Source: a virus. Taken from it: DNA of 64,000 bases. The translations under genes and the position numbers were made by a program. Positions 46,094 through 56,070 of the stretch are shown piece by piece. The notes beneath the pieces were generated by a model. It ran no database searches. It saw only the letters and a program-made list of their open reading frames with translations, and was not told the DNA's origin. The stretch lies in IMG/VR virus record IMGVR_UViG_3300026875_000002. One strand, written 5' to 3'. Position 1 is the first letter of the stretch; each line of letters starts with the position of its first letter.

Positions 46094-48319
46094 TTGATGC
46101 CTAGTTACCATCATCTTCTTGAAGCCGATTTTGCACAAATAGAACACATCAACCAGATTATACACAATAATATCATTCATGATAGCTGGGAATGCTTTGA
46201 CACAGCATTATTACTTGAACAACACCCCCAGTATGGGGTGTATAATTCTACAAATCCTCGGAGTAGTAAAATCACAAAGAATGTTACAGATGTACGATAC
46301 AATAGTTTTCTGGTGAATATTGATACTATTTCTTATGCAGATTACAAGGCATATATGTATACTTTTGAAGTAAGGAACGTCCTGTGGGATGGTGCGTACA
46401 AAATTACGCGGAGCAAAAATAATAATAATGACCCTGACATAACACATAAAGGGGTTGTACAAGTAACAAAAGGCACTGATGACAATACAATCAATATTTA
46501 TGTTGAGGGTGAGGGATGTGAGGATATTCGTGTTTGTTTCCATATGAGTCAGGCGGGAACGGGCAGAAATATCAGTACAAGCAGTATTATCATACAGAAC
46601 GATGACTTGTATGAAGAACAATATGACAAAAGCTTCAATCACACTGGTAAAGTTGTAGATGCACTAGGAAAACCCCTGTCAAATGTGGAACTAACATTAT
46701 CAGCGTGTACTAGTGAGGGGCTTGACACCGAAGGAGGGATTCCTTCATGTGTTGGGAAAAGGAGTGATAAAAATGGAAATTACACACTCACATATGGAGC
46801 TACGGACAGACCTGGTTTGTACTATGCCAAAATCACTGCAAAGCAGGGGCTGTTCGAAGTATCAAAAGTAATTCAAGTGAACAAAATACAGGAAAACAAA
46901 AGAGGTGTAATATGGGGTGATGAAAAACAGTACACTGGGGTGTGGAAAGGAAGTATTAAAGAGTTTAAGATACACATCGCGGTGTACAACAAGTATAACA
47001 TACATGACCCTGATTTGGATAAACAACTTATAGGTAGTAGAGTGAATGTGACTATGATTAATCCTCACACAAAGGAACAGGTATCACAAACATGCACGAT
47101 TCAACAGGATGGCTATATAACCCCTCGTGTGAATTACAGGAGATATTATGAGGATAAAAGTATCCTCCGTGTGAGTCTTGAAGCAAATACAGCGTTTGGT
47201 ACGGTAATCAGCGAACGAGAGGTAACTCATGAGTATGCAAAAGCAACCAGTTGGGTAAACTTGAACACAATGATTTCAAGTGATGATGGTCCTGATTGGG
47301 TTATGGTCCCTGCAAGTACTATCTCACCAAATGAGGATATTCAAACAATAACTATTGCACGGGATATCACCATTTGTGGAACAAAAGGAACAAATGCCTG
47401 CAAAATTGACGGACTGGATAAATACAATCCATTCGTAGTTTCAAATAGTAGTCCTGCTACTGATAATAGTATAAAATTCAGACTTATTGGCGTATCTATT
47501 TATAATTGTACCCCCGCAATTCTAGTGAACGAGGGTAGTGCATTGTACATTGATAAATGTGTGTTCAGAGGTAATTCTCATCCTGCACATCATCACAAAG
47601 GCTGTTGTATATACACGCGTAATACTGATTTCACAAATAAACAGCATAACCTTTTCCAAACTCACGTCACAAACAGTACTTTTTACAACAATGTAGGAAA
47701 TGAGATACAAAGTATAGGGGAATCTCATCTCGATCATAACTTATTCAGGACAGATAATAGTAAATATCTCATGCAACCCGAACCAAAAGTTGTTAGTGTG
47801 GTGGCGGGGGAGGTAACATACAAGTATAACAAGTCACACATCAAAATCACAGATAAAGAAATGACAAGTAATCATTCCTATGCAAAAGCATTGGCGTACG
47901 TATACCGTGGAGCAAAATTTAATGGAAGAGGTCCAAATCAGTTGTATGGAGATATGACCTTGCCTCTTTATGATGATCCTTGGTATAACCAGGCGTATAC
48001 TTACGCCATATATTACTATCCTTACCTCCACAGGCCAACAAAAATTGTATGTAGCCCTCGGAAAGGTTTTGAACGGAAATCGACGGGGCACGGGAGTAGT
48101 TCGAAACGATGGATTTTCTACGATGGATACTATTTTATACGAAGAGAACAGGGAAAAGGAAACAAGAATGATCCTTGGACTAGCACAGAACTAGCAATCC
48201 CTGTGAATACAGGGATATATGATTCATATTATGATGAATTCACACAAAAAGAATACGACCCAAGATTAAGCAGTTATAAAACCCGAAAAGAAACAAAATT
48301 CATGCCGGACACATGGTGA
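46094..48319 (+). CDS. Tail fibre/adhesin with beta-helix segment
   Basis: Follows baseplate genes; CVFRGN and STFYNN repeats. Confidence 0.65.
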   Translation: MMPSYHHLLEADFAQIEHINQIIHNNIIHDSWECFDTALLLEQHPQYGVYNSTNPRSSKITKNVTDVRYNSFLVNIDTISYADYKAYMYTFEVRNVLWDGAYKITRSKNNNNDPDITHKGVVQVTKGTDDNTINIYVEGEGCEDIRVCFHMSQAGTGRNISTSSIIIQNDDLYEEQYDKSFNHTGKVVDALGKPLSNVELTLSACTSEGLDTEGGIPSCVGKRSDKNGNYTLTYGATDRPGLYYAKITAKQGLFEVSKVIQVNKIQENKRGVIWGDEKQYTGVWKGSIKEFKIHIAVYNKYNIHDPDLDKQLIGSRVNVTMINPHTKEQVSQTCTIQQDGYITPRVNYRRYYEDKSILRVSLEANTAFGTVISEREVTHEYAKATSWVNLNTMISSDDGPDWVMVPASTISPNEDIQTITIARDITICGTKGTNACKIDGLDKYNPFVVSNSSPATDNSIKFRLIGVSIYNCTPAILVNEGSALYIDKCVFRGNSHPAHHHKGCCIYTRNTDFTNKQHNLFQTHVTNSTFYNNVGNEIQSIGESHLDHNLFRTDNSKYLMQPEPKVVSVVAGEVTYKYNKSHIKITDKEMTSNHSYAKALAYVYRGAKFNGRGPNQLYGDMTLPLYDDPWYNQAYTYAIYYYPYLHRPTKIVCSPRKGFERKSTGHGSSSKRWIFYDGYYFIRREQGKGNKNDPWTSTELAIPVNTGIYDSYYDEFTQKEYDPRLSSYKTRKETKFMPDTW

Positions 48320-48326
48320 TAATAAT

Positions 48327-48665
48327 ATGTATTTTAGAAACAAATTTAATGAAGAATTTCTTCAATTATGTAATTTAATCCCTAAAGGTGCTTCAACAAG
48401 AATAGGGAACTATTCCTCCCTTTTTTTTGAATTCAGAAAGAATCCTCACACAAACAGAGTATTAGTGCTTCCCCTCATTATGTGTAATCGTATCAAAAGT
48501 ACGAATAGTCATGATGTTAATTTACAGGATTACGCGATGCTTTGTGAGGATAAGCAGGATACAATAATAACAGCGTATTATGATGAAGATTATGTTCAAA
48601 ATACGAGAGAACAGTATATCTGTGAAATAGCTAGTAATAGTGGAGATTTTATTAGTGAGGAGTAA
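48327..48665 (+). CDS. Hypothetical tail-module protein
   Basis: 112-aa ORF within operon. Confidence 0.55.
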   Translation: MYFRNKFNEEFLQLCNLIPKGASTRIGNYSSLFFEFRKNPHTNRVLVLPLIMCNRIKSTNSHDVNLQDYAMLCEDKQDTIITAYYDEDYVQNTREQYICEIASNSGDFISEE

Positions 48666-48668
48666 GTT

Positions 48669-51128
48669 ATGAAATTGAAACCAAAAAGATTGGGTGATGA
48701 ATTTACACTTGATGAATACAATGCATGTCAATACTTATTGTACAAAGTACCTTTTGCTGAATCAATACGTTTACAAGGTGCAGACGCGTATACTGGTAAA
48801 TTTGCTACATATCTTCTTGATGAATCAAGGAATACAAGTGTGGGTATAGATAAATATGATACTTTTGAAATATTAAAAGACCTTACACATAATACACAGT
48901 ACATATACATTACGCTTAGCAACCTTATTAATCAGAATCTTCAGTATACGGCAACAATATATTATCAAACACCTGAAGTTATAACAGTAGTGGATCAAAC
49001 AAATGAACAGTATTCCGTAAATCCGCAAGATGCAAAAGATGTGAAAATGGTTACACAGGTAGCAAGTGAGGATGTACGAAGAGATTATCAAAGTATCACA
49101 GTACAATGTACACAAGAAGGAAATACACTCAAAATACCATTATACATAGAAGGGGAAGATGGAACAAAACAGGGAATTTATAGAGAAAATACAGTATTCA
49201 GTAGATTAATAGATTTCACACTCACCCTGAGTGACAAACCATATATTGATGTGAATAATGGAAAAGCAAATCAAATCGATGAAATACTCCTTGATAATGT
49301 ACAAGAATTCCAGAAAATAGTCCCTTACACACCTCGAGATAATGTAAAAATAATATACAGACTTGATTCAAACTACGATTACAAACTAACAAAAACATTC
49401 ACAATACAAGAAAATATGAATGTAGAAATAAGGGGAGGAACAAACAAAAAATCAAAAATAATAGGAACAAACACTGGGAGATTATTTATAATAAAACCAG
49501 GAGGAACACTTACACTCCAAAACATACATTGTTATGATGCAACAGCAAACAATACAAGTTATGCGAAAGGATGTGGAGGAGCAATACTTATAGAAACAAA
49601 TGAAGAATCATATGGTACACTCACATGTAATGATTCAATATTTGAAAAATGTACAGCAGAACTTGGAGGAGCAATCTATAGTCCTAATGCAAAATTGGCA
49701 CTTGAGCGATGTACCTTCCAAAATTGTAGTGTACAAGGTGATGGGGGAGCAGTATTCTATCAAGCAAAACGTGTAAAAATAGCATTTCCTGATATTATAA
49801 CAAAACCAGGACAGACAATAACACTAAAAGTTAATGTGACAGATATGGATGGAGAAAAAATTGATACAGGCACAATACAATTCATACTTAACTCAAAAGA
49901 ATTAGATGAAGTTGATATACATGATGGAGTGGCACAAGTACAATATAAAGTACCAAGTGATTTTAAACAAACATCCTTCAATGTAATAGCATATCTTCAA
50001 GGAACAAGTACAACAAGTAGAGAGTCCGTCCAGAATACAGTGTTTGTTCAACAACCACCAAAACTAACATTTAAATGTAACACTAGTCTGAAAGGATATC
50101 CTGGCGATAAAATAAGAGTAACTGTTGAAGCATATGAAAAAAATACATTAACAACAGAATGTCCAGGGGTATTCACAGTATTTAATAAAACATATAATGC
50201 AAACATAGATGCATCTACAAATAAATATTACCTCGATGTAACAATCCCTTCAACAAATACAGCAAAATCATACTCCATACAATTCACATGCAAAGATGCA
50301 GAATGTACACCACTAAAAGGAACAATAACTGTTCTTGCAACACAAACAAGTGGAATATCTGCAGTATATGTAAATAACACGCCATCTGACCTTACAATCT
50401 CACAAAAATTAATAAACACCTGGGTAAACAAAGGAATAACAGATGCATATGTACGATGTAGTGATTATACAGGAAATAATTTCATTGACAAAGTACTACA
50501 ATACACGAAAAATACAAAAATAAGAGTACATGCTACATTAAACTGTTTCCATGATGAAAATGGTTTCATTAATCCTGAAAATACAAATAATATAAATTCT
50601 ATTAAAAAGGATATTAAAGCAATACATGATAATACAAATATAGCCGGTTTCCACCTTGATTATATAAGGTATGCAACTGCGAACTCTGATGAAAATAAAC
50701 ATAAAGTAATAACAAAACAAGTGAAAGCATTATCAGATTATATTTATTCACTCAATACAAAGTATATTGTTTCAGGTACCGTTATGCCTGAAGGCGCAAC
50801 AAATAGTCCAGTATACGGCCAAAATTTCAAAGAACTTGGAAGTATTCTAGATTATATATGCCTAATGGCATATAAAGGAAACTATAAGACAAATGATACC
50901 TGGATAGGACAACAAGTAAAATATGCAAAAGATAATGGCAGTAAAGTAGTATGTGCACTTCAAACATACAATAGTGATAATGATTCTACTAGACGAACTG
51001 TTGCAGATATGGAAGCAAGTATCAAAGTAGCAATCAAAAATGGAGCAATAGGATATGCATTATTCCGCGAAGGAAGACTACCAAATTATCCACGAACATA
51101 TGATACAATTAAAAAGGAGACACAATAA
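48669..51128 (+). CDS. Adhesin with beta-helix and Ig domains plus C-terminal glycoside-hydrolase-like TIM barrel (GHL10-like)
   Basis: GGAI repeats; GITDAYV, RVHA, GFHLDYIRY, LDYICLMAY, GYALFR motifs. Confidence 0.75.
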   Translation: MKLKPKRLGDEFTLDEYNACQYLLYKVPFAESIRLQGADAYTGKFATYLLDESRNTSVGIDKYDTFEILKDLTHNTQYIYITLSNLINQNLQYTATIYYQTPEVITVVDQTNEQYSVNPQDAKDVKMVTQVASEDVRRDYQSITVQCTQEGNTLKIPLYIEGEDGTKQGIYRENTVFSRLIDFTLTLSDKPYIDVNNGKANQIDEILLDNVQEFQKIVPYTPRDNVKIIYRLDSNYDYKLTKTFTIQENMNVEIRGGTNKKSKIIGTNTGRLFIIKPGGTLTLQNIHCYDATANNTSYAKGCGGAILIETNEESYGTLTCNDSIFEKCTAELGGAIYSPNAKLALERCTFQNCSVQGDGGAVFYQAKRVKIAFPDIITKPGQTITLKVNVTDMDGEKIDTGTIQFILNSKELDEVDIHDGVAQVQYKVPSDFKQTSFNVIAYLQGTSTTSRESVQNTVFVQQPPKLTFKCNTSLKGYPGDKIRVTVEAYEKNTLTTECPGVFTVFNKTYNANIDASTNKYYLDVTIPSTNTAKSYSIQFTCKDAECTPLKGTITVLATQTSGISAVYVNNTPSDLTISQKLINTWVNKGITDAYVRCSDYTGNNFIDKVLQYTKNTKIRVHATLNCFHDENGFINPENTNNINSIKKDIKAIHDNTNIAGFHLDYIRYATANSDENKHKVITKQVKALSDYIYSLNTKYIVSGTVMPEGATNSPVYGQNFKELGSILDYICLMAYKGNYKTNDTWIGQQVKYAKDNGSKVVCALQTYNSDNDSTRRTVADMEASIKVAIKNGAIGYALFREGRLPNYPRTYDTIKKETQ

Positions 51129-52312
51129 TGGTTAATACTGGATGGAAAACACCAAATACAGTAGTACAGGATGCAAGATGGAAAGTAGTCAATGGTGGAA
51201 CAGCAAATAAATGGGTGGATCTACGAAGACTGACAGAAAGAACACAAAATCTAAAACACTACGCAGAAATAGGACGATACGGAACAGCAGCAGCAAGAGC
51301 AAGTCCTGTACTATACCTCTCGAATTACGGATTTAACATACCCGGGAATGCAACAATAACAAAAGTTACAATAGAATGTACAGTAAAAGAAGGAAAAACA
51401 AATGAAGGAATCAAAACAAAAACATTAAAACTCAAAACAGGACCAAGTACAACGGATTGGGGAGTAGGAAAAAATAAAGCAAAAAGTGACCGATGGACTT
51501 GTAGAAGTAATCCATGGACTGTTCAGACTTATAGTTTTTCTCCCCAGGACTGGGGGGTTCCTCTTTCTCCTCAAGTTGTGAATAATAGTAATTTTGGTGC
51601 TGTTTTTCAGTGTGTAGGGCTAGATAATTACACTGTTAGTCATGGTACTTGGGGTATTTATTCACGAAATTATAATCATTGGAGTTTGCCTCTTGTTAAT
51701 CGTATTCGTATGAATGTTGAGTATAGTGTTCCTCATAGTGTTACTAGTGCTGAAAGAGGTAAATTTGGTCTTACTCCTGCGCCTTATTTGAGTAGTAATT
51801 CTTTGAATATTAGTAATCCGAATACTCCTATTATTCTGACTATTTCTTATAAGCATATACTTGGAGAAAATGGTAAGTATAATAGTGGTGAAACACCTGT
51901 TACGAAGGTTACTAGTTCTACATTGAAGATTGGGGGTAGTAAACTTTCTTCATATACGGTTCCTACAATTAAGGTACCTACTGAGACGGAGAGTAGTACG
52001 TATACTACTACTGTTAAGATTTATCCTAGTCTTACTACTGGGGAGCATACTATTATTGTTACTGCTAATGGTGAATCTTATACTTTGAAGATTCAGGTTA
52101 ATAGTGGTAATGGTATTGATGTGAATTATGGTGAGGATGGTCGTGGTTTAATGATTCATGGTTGTATTTTTAAGGAGGATCATGCTGATAATACTGGTGG
52201 GGCTATGCTTGTTGATGGTAAGAATGTGTCTATTAGGGAGTGTAAGTACATTAGTAATAGTGCTACTGTTAAGTGTCCTAATGCTATACTTAATGGTGAA
52301 TGTAAATCTTAA
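51128..52312 (+). CDS. Adhesin-like protein with short C-terminal beta-helix
   Basis: C-terminal CIFKEDHADNTGGAMLVDG..CKYISNSA. Confidence 0.65.
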   Translation: MVNTGWKTPNTVVQDARWKVVNGGTANKWVDLRRLTERTQNLKHYAEIGRYGTAAARASPVLYLSNYGFNIPGNATITKVTIECTVKEGKTNEGIKTKTLKLKTGPSTTDWGVGKNKAKSDRWTCRSNPWTVQTYSFSPQDWGVPLSPQVVNNSNFGAVFQCVGLDNYTVSHGTWGIYSRNYNHWSLPLVNRIRMNVEYSVPHSVTSAERGKFGLTPAPYLSSNSLNISNPNTPIILTISYKHILGENGKYNSGETPVTKVTSSTLKIGGSKLSSYTVPTIKVPTETESSTYTTTVKIYPSLTTGEHTIIVTANGESYTLKIQVNSGNGIDVNYGEDGRGLMIHGCIFKEDHADNTGGAMLVDGKNVSIRECKYISNSATVKCPNAILNGECKS

Positions 52313-52392
52313 ATATTTTAATGTATACATGTAACATTCTGTTTTAAAATTAGGTATAAAAAAGTATTACTTTTAATTAAAAAAGTATATCA

Positions 52393-52415
52393 AAATGAAG
52401 GTAAACCCTTCATTT
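52393..52415. other. 9-bp inverted repeat upstream of integrase (attP core or terminator candidate)
   Basis: AAATGAAGG-TAAAC-CCTTCATTT. Confidence 0.35.
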
Positions 52416-52486
52416 CTATAAAGAGATTAGTTTAATTATTACTCAAAAATGTAAGCTTTTATACTATTTTTTACATATACACTACT

Positions 52487-53629
52487 ATGTCAACACAAAC
52501 AAAAAAGAATAATATACAAACAATATATAATGATGAACTCTTTAAAGAGTTTTGTATATTAAGAAATTTAAAACAAAGTAGTATAAAATCATACGCAGTA
52601 GTGTTAAATAGTTATGTAAAAGTACAGCAAACAGATTTAACAACACTTATAAATGAAGCAGATGAAGAAGAAGAACAAAGAATAAGACTAAGCAAAAGAA
52701 AAATTAAACGACGTTTAAATAAGTACAAAATAGAATTACAAAAACAAAAATTAAGTGACAGAACAATAAATGATAGAATTACAAAAATAAGAACATTTTA
52801 CTCACAATTTGACATAACTCCTCCAAAAATAACAAGAAAACCAGTGAAAAACATAGAAACATATAAACAAATAATCACACCAGAACAAATAAGAAAAGCA
52901 GTAAACACGAGTAAAAATAATAAAACAAGAGCATTAATATTATTTATGGCATCATCTGGAACAGCAGCAAAAGAAACAAGTAATATAACAATCAAAGATT
53001 TTATTGAAGCAACAAGCGAATATCATAATGAAACAAGAATAGAACAAGTAATATATGCATTAAAAAATAGAAAAGATATTATTCCAACATTTACAATTAT
53101 CAGACAAAAAACACAAACTCCTTATTTCACATTCTGCACACCTGAAGCAACACAACAAATATTAATTTATCTCACTGAAGAATTAATGAAAAGAGACTTA
53201 AAAGAAGACGATAAATTATTTAATATTACTCCTCAGAGTATACAAACAAATTTTGAAAGATTAAATGATTGTTGTGGGTTTGGATGGAAAAATAATCATT
53301 GTCGTTTTTTTCATAGTCATGGTTTACGAAAAATGTTTGGATCAAGAATGTTTGATGCAGGATTATCAGAGTTAACTATTGATTTCTTAGAGGGACGTAG
53401 TATAGGAGCAACTCGTCAAGCGTATTATAAGCCAAAACCTGAAGAATTAAAGAAGAAATATGTTCGAGTATTGAATACTGTTAGTTTTTTTAGTGATGTT
53501 GAGTATCATGATATTACCTCTGAAGAAAAAGAAGAGTTATTACAGTATCGTGAAAAAGAAAAAGTGAGGGATGAAAAAATTAATAATTTAGAACGTATGT
53601 TGCAAGATTATTTACGTTCTTCTTCATAA
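52487..53629 (+). CDS. int: Tyrosine recombinase/integrase
   Basis: SAM-like N-terminus; HSHGLRK, FLEGR, QAYY; first catalytic Arg position reads SSGTAAKE. Confidence 0.9.
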   Translation: MSTQTKKNNIQTIYNDELFKEFCILRNLKQSSIKSYAVVLNSYVKVQQTDLTTLINEADEEEEQRIRLSKRKIKRRLNKYKIELQKQKLSDRTINDRITKIRTFYSQFDITPPKITRKPVKNIETYKQIITPEQIRKAVNTSKNNKTRALILFMASSGTAAKETSNITIKDFIEATSEYHNETRIEQVIYALKNRKDIIPTFTIIRQKTQTPYFTFCTPEATQQILIYLTEELMKRDLKEDDKLFNITPQSIQTNFERLNDCCGFGWKNNHCRFFHSHGLRKMFGSRMFDAGLSELTIDFLEGRSIGATRQAYYKPKPEELKKKYVRVLNTVSFFSDVEYHDITSEEKEELLQYREKEKVRDEKINNLERMLQDYLRSSS

Positions 53630-54860
53630 TTCCTTTTTTAGTATTTTAGTTATTATTTCTGTTTGGGTTTGGTTTGTTTCGTTGAGTTTTATTCCAAATT
53701 CTCTGAGTATGTCCCATGCTAATCTTATGTTTTTTGTTTTTGTTATTTTTTCTACGATTAATTCTATTACTTCTTCTTGTATTGGTATATTAAATGCTAT
53801 GTTACATCGTTCTTTTATTATATGTGTGTATTGTTCTCTATTGTATGGTTTGAAGTATACTTCTCGTGGGGTGAATAGTGTATTTACTTCTTGTTCAAAT
53901 TGATATTTGAATTCTTGACTTGTTATGATAGGATATATTCCTACTATTATGTTGTAACTTTCGTTTACTCGTGTTAGTTCTCTGATTATATTTTGTGCTG
54001 TGGGGCTTGCCGTGTTTTTGGAACCTAATAGGTAGTTTGCATCATCTAGTGCTATTATTAATGCTTTGTTGGTTTTAGTTAGTTCTTTCATGATTTTTTT
54101 AAATATATTTCTAGTGCTACTTCCAAAGTGTGGGGCTTCTGTATTTAATACTTTTTTGTATATTTGGCCATATATTGTGTAGGGGGTGTTGTGTTTTCTA
54201 CAGTTTATGTATACTGGAATTATGTCTGGGATTGTTTCTGTTATTTCTTGAAATAATTTTTGTATTGCAGTTGTTTTTCCAGTTGCATTGTCTCCTATTA
54301 TTACTGCATGATTGGGTACTCCTCCATAAAGTATGGGGGCTATGTAACTTGCTATTGTTTCCATTTCATTTTCTCTATGGTGGAATTCTCGGGGTATGCA
54401 TTGGGGGTTTAGGTATTTTATGTTTTTGAACACGTTTTTTTCTGTGTATTTTTTAAAGTATGTCATAGTTCTTTTTTTATTTTTTGAGTTATTTAAATAA
54501 AACTTGTCAAGAGCCCTTATTTAGTTGTTATAAAGTCCCCCTCCCCTTTTTTACACTTGCAATTAAAGACTATTGGTAAATTGTACTTTTTATTATAGTT
54601 ACTTATGTAGTGACCTTACATTTAATTGACCATACTCTAAGGGTTTCCAAAGGAATTTAAATATTACTAAAAATAGAATTACTAATTGAAAGGGAACTGG
54701 AGGTGGAAGTTCTTAAAAAAAGAGAGTAATATTAACAATATGAGAAAAAGATAGTACATGTAATATGTGATTAAAAAAAATATGATGAGAATGCAAAAAT
54801 GTATAATTCCTCTTTTTTTTTTAAACTTTCAACACAAACAAAAAAAAGAATAATATACAA
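52490..54860 (+). repeat. ~30-bp imperfect direct repeat (52490-52519 and 54829-54860) bracketing int and cdc6
   Basis: TCAACACAAAC-A6/A8-GAATAATATACAA. Confidence 0.85.
53624..54466 (-). CDS. cdc6: Orc1/Cdc6 homolog lacking C-terminal winged-helix domain
   Basis: LNPQCIPREFHHRENEM, Walker A GDNATGKT, YINCR, Walker B IIALDDAN, FKPYN; only 280 aa. Confidence 0.9.
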   Translation of the reverse strand: MTYFKKYTEKNVFKNIKYLNPQCIPREFHHRENEMETIASYIAPILYGGVPNHAVIIGDNATGKTTAIQKLFQEITETIPDIIPVYINCRKHNTPYTIYGQIYKKVLNTEAPHFGSSTRNIFKKIMKELTKTNKALIIALDDANYLLGSKNTASPTAQNIIRELTRVNESYNIIVGIYPIITSQEFKYQFEQEVNTLFTPREVYFKPYNREQYTHIIKERCNIAFNIPIQEEVIELIVEKITKTKNIRLAWDILREFGIKLNETNQTQTEIITKILKKEL

Positions 54861-55284
54861 TTTGAACAGACAAAATAAATAATTTTCTAATCACTATGTA
54901 CATGTACTTAATAATTTTCATTTCATTATAGTAAAATAATACAGGTAATAGTAATATTCTACTACATGTACTATTTTTGTATAGAGCTACTATAATAATT
55001 AATCGAATAATTTATATATTTTCTTATGATTAAATGATAAAGTACTCATGAAATAATAATCTAAAATTAATGAAAAATGATAAAAATTGGTAAACTTTTA
55101 AAATAGAATGATTTTTTTGGTAAAAAAAGGTAAAATTCGTTTTATTCATTGTCCAACCGACTAAAATTAGAACAATGAATAAAAAATAATGATTAATTAC
55201 CTTAAGTACATATCTATATAAGAAAAGTACTATTGTACTATTTTTTTATTAATACTTTATGTACTTTTTCATTAATTACATGTA
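54755..55284. promoter_or_regulatory. Cluster of TACATGTA palindromes in divergent cdc6/RHH control region
   Basis: Copies at 54755, 54899, 54963, 55277. Confidence 0.5.
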
Positions 55285-55361
55285 TATGTAATTCGTTATT
55301 AATCACTACTTTTACCTTTTAATTATATCAAATAATCTATTTTTCAAAGGGGGTATACAAA

Positions 55362-55946
55362 ATTAAAAATAAACTCATTGGTGCATTAGTCAGTGAAGAA
55401 CAATATAATCATATTCAACAAAATATGCAAAGATATGCTTTTAAAAATATGTCTGAATATGTGAGATCTGCTTTAGATTTTTTTGATGCACGAAGATATA
55501 ATGCATCAAAAAATAATGAGATAGCAATAATACAAGAATGCATTACTATACTTCAACATCATAAGAAAGATGTTGAAAAAAATATGATGCAAGAAACCTT
55601 AAATGAATTGAATGAAAATATTAAAAATCAAAATCATAAAAACGAGGAAACATTAAAGGAATTAGATGAAAACCTAAAACAGAATATTAAATGTTCAGAA
55701 AAGCAAAGCTTAAAGGAATTAGATGAAAATATTAAAAAACAAAAAAATAATAAAAGAGAAAATAGAGTAATTCCTATGGAATCTGTAATTCAAACGCTTA
55801 TTCGAATTACACACGTGAAAGGAAGACCTTCAGATCATGATTTTAGTTTTCAGGCAAAACGATGTGGAAAAAGTAAAAAAGAATTAATTGATTTTTATGA
55901 TGAGAATTATGATTATTTTACGAAAGAGTCTGATAAATACATGTGA
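55362..55946 (+). CDS. RHH/CopG-type regulator with coiled-coil repeats; probable ATT start (first ATG 55425)
   Basis: Frame open upstream giving KLIGALVS-EEQYNHI-MSEYVRSAL; RBS AAGGGGG before ATT; three L-x-EL-D/N-EN-x-K repeats. Confidence 0.65.
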   Translation: MKNKLIGALVSEEQYNHIQQNMQRYAFKNMSEYVRSALDFFDARRYNASKNNEIAIIQECITILQHHKKDVEKNMMQETLNELNENIKNQNHKNEETLKELDENLKQNIKCSEKQSLKELDENIKKQKNNKRENRVIPMESVIQTLIRITHVKGRPSDHDFSFQAKRCGKSKKELIDFYDENYDYFTKESDKYM

Positions 55947-56070
55947 AAACAATCTTTAAATAAAAAACATTAAATGCTTTAAAAAATTCTTTTTAGTAGG
56001 AATATACTTTTTTTCTAATAATATAAAACGTTTTAAAAGCGTTACATATAATAATAAGAGGGATAAAACA

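Noticed and set aside
35649-52312. Diversity-generating retroelement or shufflon acting on adhesins
   Set aside because: No reverse transcriptase or invertase ORF recognised, and no template/variable repeat pair or repeated crossover sites seen
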